From Candidatus Obscuribacteraceae bacterium (GTDB taxonomy: Bacteria; Cyanobacteriota; Vampirovibrionia; Obscuribacterales; Obscuribacteraceae), in the NCBI GenBank assembly GCA_044226015.1, contig JBGAHS010000001.1:1280001-1344000 (forward strand): a stretch of DNA of 64,000 nt, written 5' to 3'. This document shows, piece by piece, positions 61,001 through 64,000 of this stretch. Made by a program: the position numbers and the translations under genes. Under the pieces are notes generated by a model, which worked only from the letters and a program-made list of their open reading frames with translations, was not told the DNA's origin and searched no databases. How positions within the stretch are numbered: the stretch's first letter is position 1; the number at the start of each line of letters is the position of its first letter.

Positions 61001-64000
61001 GCTCGGGAGATATCGGTGCGATTACGACGGATACTCCTTCGTTGACGCTTACAAGCACAGGCAAAGTTGACATTACGAACAATTCCGCATCACTTAACCT
61101 CGTGACTAGCGGCAATTACGCAAGTTTCAGTGTTTCGACGGCGGGCAATCTGTCAACAAGCACCACTATTAGTTCGCTTGGAAACTTGAGTTTGACTACT
61201 CAAAATGCTGGTAACATCAGTTTCAGCAACAGCCTGAGTGCGGGTGGCTTGCTCAGCCTTGTGGCTGACACAACTGGAAAGATTACGCAAAGCGGTTCAG
61301 GACTTGTTTCCGGCTCAAGTTCGATATCTGCAACGAGTGGCTCTGGCGACATTACCTTCACTGCTATCAATGGTTCTGTGTCTGCCAAAACGACTGGCTC
61401 GCTCTCCATGACCGCAGTCAGTGGAGCCTTGAGCTTGAGTTCCGGTGGCGCAACATTCACGAATGTAAGCCTCACGGACAGTTTTGGATTGGGTATTTCA
61501 ACTGCAAATGTAATCACCGCTTCCGGCAGTTTCAACATTTCTGGCGCTGGTATGGTCTCTATCGCAGACAGTGTCGATGCTGGAACCATCACCCTCAACG
61601 CAGGCACGCTGTCTCTGGCGTCGTTGACTTCTCCGAAGGCTCTTAAGGCTAGCACAGTGAGTTTAACGAGCAATTCTTCTCTCACTGTGGATGGCTCAAT
61701 GATCAATTCGCCGAGCTTGACGTTGAGCAGTTTGTCTGGCGGCATCACTTTGACGAACAGCAACTCGACTACGCTCAGCGCCACTGCATCTGGCGCCGTC
61801 TCGCTGACATCTACTGCCACCGGTGGAACCGTGACTCTTGGTTCTGGAAGTTCCAGTGCTTCTACCTTCAAGCTTACTCTGTCCGGTACTAATGAGTCGC
61901 TCATCATTGCCGGACCAGTGGGCGGTACCTTTGTAGATATGACTGTGAACTCAGGCAGCATAACTCAACAAGCTGGCGCCGATATTACTGGCATTAACAG
62001 TGTCACTCTAAAAGCGCCATCCGGTGGTATTAGCTTTGGGGCTTCTGTGAAAGCTACTTCAGGAACCGGAACGGTGTCAATTACAGCCAAGAACTCATTG
62101 ACGGATGCTTCTGTTTCGGCCTTAAGTGCTAATACTTTGAGTCTCACATCAACGAGCGGCAACATTAGTTTGACCAGTTCTGGCTTGACTGGGAAGGGTG
62201 GCTTAACTCTCGATGGAGCAACCGGCGTCCTCTCGACTGGTGGTTTGCTCGACACAGCTGTACTGACACTCAAAGGGGGCTCAGGCTCTGTCACCGTATC
62301 CGACACTAATGCTAGTTTAATAACCGCCACCGCCTCTGGTGACATCAGTGTCAGCGATTCTGTAAGTGGGACGGTGAATATTTCCGACTCTTCTTCCACC
62401 AGTGGCAATCTGTCAGTGACCGCCACCGGGGTAGCTGATATCCAAGTTCTTACAAATCTGAGTGCTGGCAAAGATCTCACATTGCAGGCAATGAACGGTT
62501 CTACCAGCGGTTTTGGAGACCTGACTGCTGGGGCTAACGTAAATTTGATTGCTGGAAATGGCACGGTTTTCGTCGGAACAAAAGCCAGCGGCGTCGGTGT
62601 ATTCATTACCGCATCTGGCCAGTTGACTGATGTCGCACTTTCTAACATCGTTGCTTCGCAGTCAATCGGTCTTACATCCACCGGTGCTGACATCTTGTTG
62701 ACTGGTCCGTTATCAGCGGCTACATCGATTACTTTGAGTGGAGCCACAGGTGTCAGCACTTCGAGCACCATAAGTACTGGCACTCTAAACTTGGCTGGGG
62801 GAGGTGTGATTACCATACCACAGACTACCGCCAGCACCATAACTGTCAGTGGTACTGCTAGCGTGATTGTAACGGATCAAAATGCTTCGTCTGTCACTTT
62901 AGGCGCAGTCAGCGCCGGTTCATTTACTTTGACATTGCCAAACGCAAAAACTTTCGATCTGAACGGTGCCATTTCAGCTGGCACAGTTTCGCTCACATTC
63001 AACAACGCGAATCTTACGCAAAGTTCCGGGTCTCTTGGCGCGACAAGCAGCTTAAGCCTGATCTCTAGCTCCGGAAATGTGGGCACTGTAGGCGCATCTA
63101 TAAATACTTCCTCTCCAATTATCAACTTGAATGTTCCTAATACGGTGAACATTTCTAATAAGACTGCAGGAACTTTGATTGTAAACTCCTCCGCTACGCT
63201 GGCAAATTTGTTGGTTTCTACGGACCATACACTCGATATGGGCACAAACCTCACGTCCACAGGCGTTCTGACGCTCACTAGTACAGCTAACGGTGGCTCG
63301 ATTGCAATATCTAAGGACGTATCAGGTGCTGTAGTCACAATTTCAGCAAATGGCGCAGGCACCATCAGTGGAGCCGGAACTATTAGTGCAAGCACCAATT
63401 TAACGCTGAGTTCTGGTTCGGGTGATATCGGTACTGTTGGTACCCCACTCAAGACCAGTACGAACCAGATTCTCGGTCTGGGAACAACTGGGTCGGCCTA
63501 TCTGAGTAACAGCATTGGGTCTGGCTCGTTTTTTGTGAGCTTCTCTGTGCCGACTTTGATGAATCTGACAATGGTGAGTGATCGAGACATCACGACAGGC
63601 TCGGCCATAACAGTAACGAATGCGCTATCAGTTAGTACCACTGCTAACAACGCTGGCATTTTAATTGGAGCAAATACGAGTGCGGCGACGGCAACCCTTT
63701 CAGCTAATGGTTCGGGAACAGTCATAGTAGCTTCCGGTAGCACTCTTAGCGGAAGCACTTCGATCGATTTGAAATCATCTTCCGGCGACATTAGAGGTAC
63801 AGCAGCCCTGGCGGCGGCTGGTCTTGCAACTCCGTCTCTCTCTCTTGATACTACAGGGAACGTGATCATATCGAACACCTTTGCCGGTAATTTTCAGCTA
63901 TTTAATTCTGCTGCTACTTTCACATCTTTCAGTGTTGCTACCTCTCAGTCATTGACCACGCAGAATGCCATCAAGGCTGGTGGCGGCATAACTTTGTCAT
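55042..64000 (+). CDS. Giant exported S/T/G/A/N-rich filamentous-haemagglutinin/adhesin-like beta-helical protein (>2980 aa; 3' end outside the window; absent from the ORF track)
   Basis: GAGGG RBS; MTSPSRTSWKPLLSLFCLLSGQVAYGQ signal peptide; same frame reads QNAIKAGGGITLS at the window end and the track lists no stop-terminated ORF in it; repeats such as SGDIGTVGTPL; many antisense shadow ORFs. Confidence 0.9.
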   Translation, partial: MTSPSRTSWKPLLSLFCLLSGQVAYGQNVPIPSSSSNTASQAGRGMRPGMVNTSGATAIVSGHRPVNLDLSSSSATISAAGLVPNGNVSINVGNSTQIVTPMSMLTPAEMLAVYQVVNSGAQSILVGSTGTAVGGSLDIGAQLSHNINSLVIPKGVSAVTNVANSSGLSISGNLVNAGSLLAVSDNAAVKTAQISANNIYNNPNALISTVVPQGGVAGYNNLVSNLNLNLNAANNVVNNGTISSAGNLSISAAGTISNTVALDSSIAVSTTTPSLLAVGDISLVSGSGNLLNSGLIQAGGSVNVATKDPSTNLAINNTGGLIQALGTTAGDLSGMINIREHDYSASASTLLVGGDWDSKQLNVNGGQGEVFANVENVSGKLNTNAGIAHVYAETPNLTIGECTISGDPTYVNSGGNVTISGTLAEAESLAIIASGNILAASGVASKIVNSDGVRGYDVYLIAGAKVTITNCTGCSNSAGGITVPTGKVTAGFVQVATGGTGGKIDLTTGNTLSSGSIIDTSGTTARGGDVYLIALGGTSGTISYPTGTSINTGAGVDKSTDGKVFIFAGSTAGTSNLGGIVTTSGVGPNTLQGGIDIRTAAPVFSGGAGACGTCISFDSTGVQSGSIGNGTASNGNINLNGNVVTRNGASILATIGTGTLTTIGTLTTGLNQLGAGGLVVTGPVTGGITYSGSGSPSILANVNGAVDLTTSAGSVTIGDATHPVTITGNLSVNSANATTLGKSASIQSTNVSIISKSLSVDASASISGTNSVYFKGASVSIGSGTGLLITSAVLGQITTNNLMVDSNTSITVNANLNTSGTGAGAYNLYFNALSTTFTTGTNTVTLGNKTLDVNSVGALTIGNITAGDTTINLTSSGGAVNPSTITAGKSTVTITAATTVPLKGVSLDTTSGSLAVHSSAAGVQAISQSAGNLSAGFIDLQVHNSTAGSNIGTAAAPILISSANSFVSSNVAGASSSAFIRNTSGGVMNFQSSGGLNSGSTTLTVTGAGSINFSGDVLGAALKATTGSGTITASNSTLIVAGTTVTLTSTSADIGSVGTPINVRTTGSGNTITADTTGSVFLNVTNSVLPKFASTSTFANLTLTTDGFIETSTALAATNALSISTLGGNINMDLSLSAKTVFLSTGGGNLNQAAGTVTGSTSVAIEGNSIVQVKTATPSLLLRGVSGDINVVNTGVVTVSSSGSGANDGVSVSNNNNITVSGSLIGNTGSNAQPFAFQTTANNGNIIFNADVKGAPGITALTNGTGTVTVATGVTLQSPGKISLGAASVNLNGTAKVDSATSVQVYPNVAGTSIGINGGAGTFAVPASLISKFTTPQLIIGSQSVGSGAVTQSGSLTIDKSGYSTYELQIVTNGTYNGVGSTTTLTGDHDTFTVNSVQKADIGTINGTGTAGGVVNITASGVTIQALGFSLLGTASATITANGLSGNIAKSATTPGILTVPFLTLAATGTTSNITGLSISTTSLTTSTSSGNVSLTNTSSGTTLGIANTNVTGTFSVTSDGPVFLSFNQQASVSYSLTTTGAITANSIGAKIVSPNISLTTTTKSPITINNAANQLLQASTSLNLSSAGGDIDVLSATPSVKVDTSGNANVSNATAGTLTLTSGGATFNKLTVAADHGLTIGSALTAAGDITFTTANNGGVVVNGGNVTSNLGNVFITANGTGTINLSKVVSSLTKDVTLTSGTLTAFTGTGAVSAAAGTVFYIPTAGTTVGVAGGAGTYAVLAAQLSASTAKTVQIGDNASGNINSGSFTLNTSGAGSFDIKLKTAGTFTAAAATTINLQSHNMNIDAKGALSIGTVSGTGSALTMNADSITMTKNIGLGTSSSATLSANSGAIANTGFTLTAASVSVTAGTNIGAGSGSPLTISSSSLSYFAAGNSDINNTSGSTLTVSGIASANNSTLKSNSSIVTTTDLSANSLSVVSTSGGISFGGNITGADVVLTASAANSISKTGAFTITGTNTISLTSGSGDIGAITTDTPSLTLTSTGKVDITNNSASLNLVTSGNYASFSVSTAGNLSTSTTISSLGNLSLTTQNAGNISFSNSLSAGGLLSLVADTTGKITQSGSGLVSGSSSISATSGSGDITFTAINGSVSAKTTGSLSMTAVSGALSLSSGGATFTNVSLTDSFGLGISTANVITASGSFNISGAGMVSIADSVDAGTITLNAGTLSLASLTSPKALKASTVSLTSNSSLTVDGSMINSPSLTLSSLSGGITLTNSNSTTLSATASGAVSLTSTATGGTVTLGSGSSSASTFKLTLSGTNESLIIAGPVGGTFVDMTVNSGSITQQAGADITGINSVTLKAPSGGISFGASVKATSGTGTVSITAKNSLTDASVSALSANTLSLTSTSGNISLTSSGLTGKGGLTLDGATGVLSTGGLLDTAVLTLKGGSGSVTVSDTNASLITATASGDISVSDSVSGTVNISDSSSTSGNLSVTATGVADIQVLTNLSAGKDLTLQAMNGSTSGFGDLTAGANVNLIAGNGTVFVGTKASGVGVFITASGQLTDVALSNIVASQSIGLTSTGADILLTGPLSAATSITLSGATGVSTSSTISTGTLNLAGGGVITIPQTTASTITVSGTASVIVTDQNASSVTLGAVSAGSFTLTLPNAKTFDLNGAISAGTVSLTFNNANLTQSSGSLGATSSLSLISSSGNVGTVGASINTSSPIINLNVPNTVNISNKTAGTLIVNSSATLANLLVSTDHTLDMGTNLTSTGVLTLTSTANGGSIAISKDVSGAVVTISANGAGTISGAGTISASTNLTLSSGSGDIGTVGTPLKTSTNQILGLGTTGSAYLSNSIGSGSFFVSFSVPTLMNLTMVSDRDITTGSAITVTNALSVSTTANNAGILIGANTSAATATLSANGSGTVIVASGSTLSGSTSIDLKSSSGDIRGTAALAAAGLATPSLSLDTTGNVIISNTFAGNFQLFNSAATFTSFSVATSQSLTTQNAIKAGGGITLS

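Noticed and set aside
55261..63878. Numerous minus-strand ORFs of 60-323 aa
   Set aside because: Antisense shadows of the giant plus-strand ORF

Overview
Bacterial chromosomal window. The cyanobacterial-type rpoB-rpoC1-rpoC2 operon (split beta', ~620-aa SI3 insertion), with no photosynthesis genes nearby, suggests a non-photosynthetic Cyanobacteriota relative (Vampirovibrionia/Melainabacteria, possibly Obscuribacterales). That placement is an inference. The first ~9.3 kb is an Rhs polymorphic-toxin cassette array with three core+tip modules. Two of them share a near-identical 94-bp block and have a convergent partner gene. The array is interrupted by a complete IS66 (8-bp TSD) and by remnants of a FimB-like recombinase and an IS3. 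The middle is mostly housekeeping (M16 peptidase, NupC, PBP1A, XerC/D, tRNA-Sec, RNAP, PlsC, thiolase) plus two non-coding tandem-repeat arrays and an Rrf2/rubredoxin module with a clear operator. The most unusual items are: an intact but apparently catalytically dead Mre11/Rad50-like (YhaO/YhaN-type) gene pair; an orphan BREX PglX-like methyltransferase embedded in an operon; a ~107-bp hairpin repeat array with a compensatory base-pair change downstream of tRNA-Sec; and a >2980-aa secreted adhesin-like ORF (55042 to window end) missing from the ORF track. All family assignments come from motif recognition by eye; no database searches were run.
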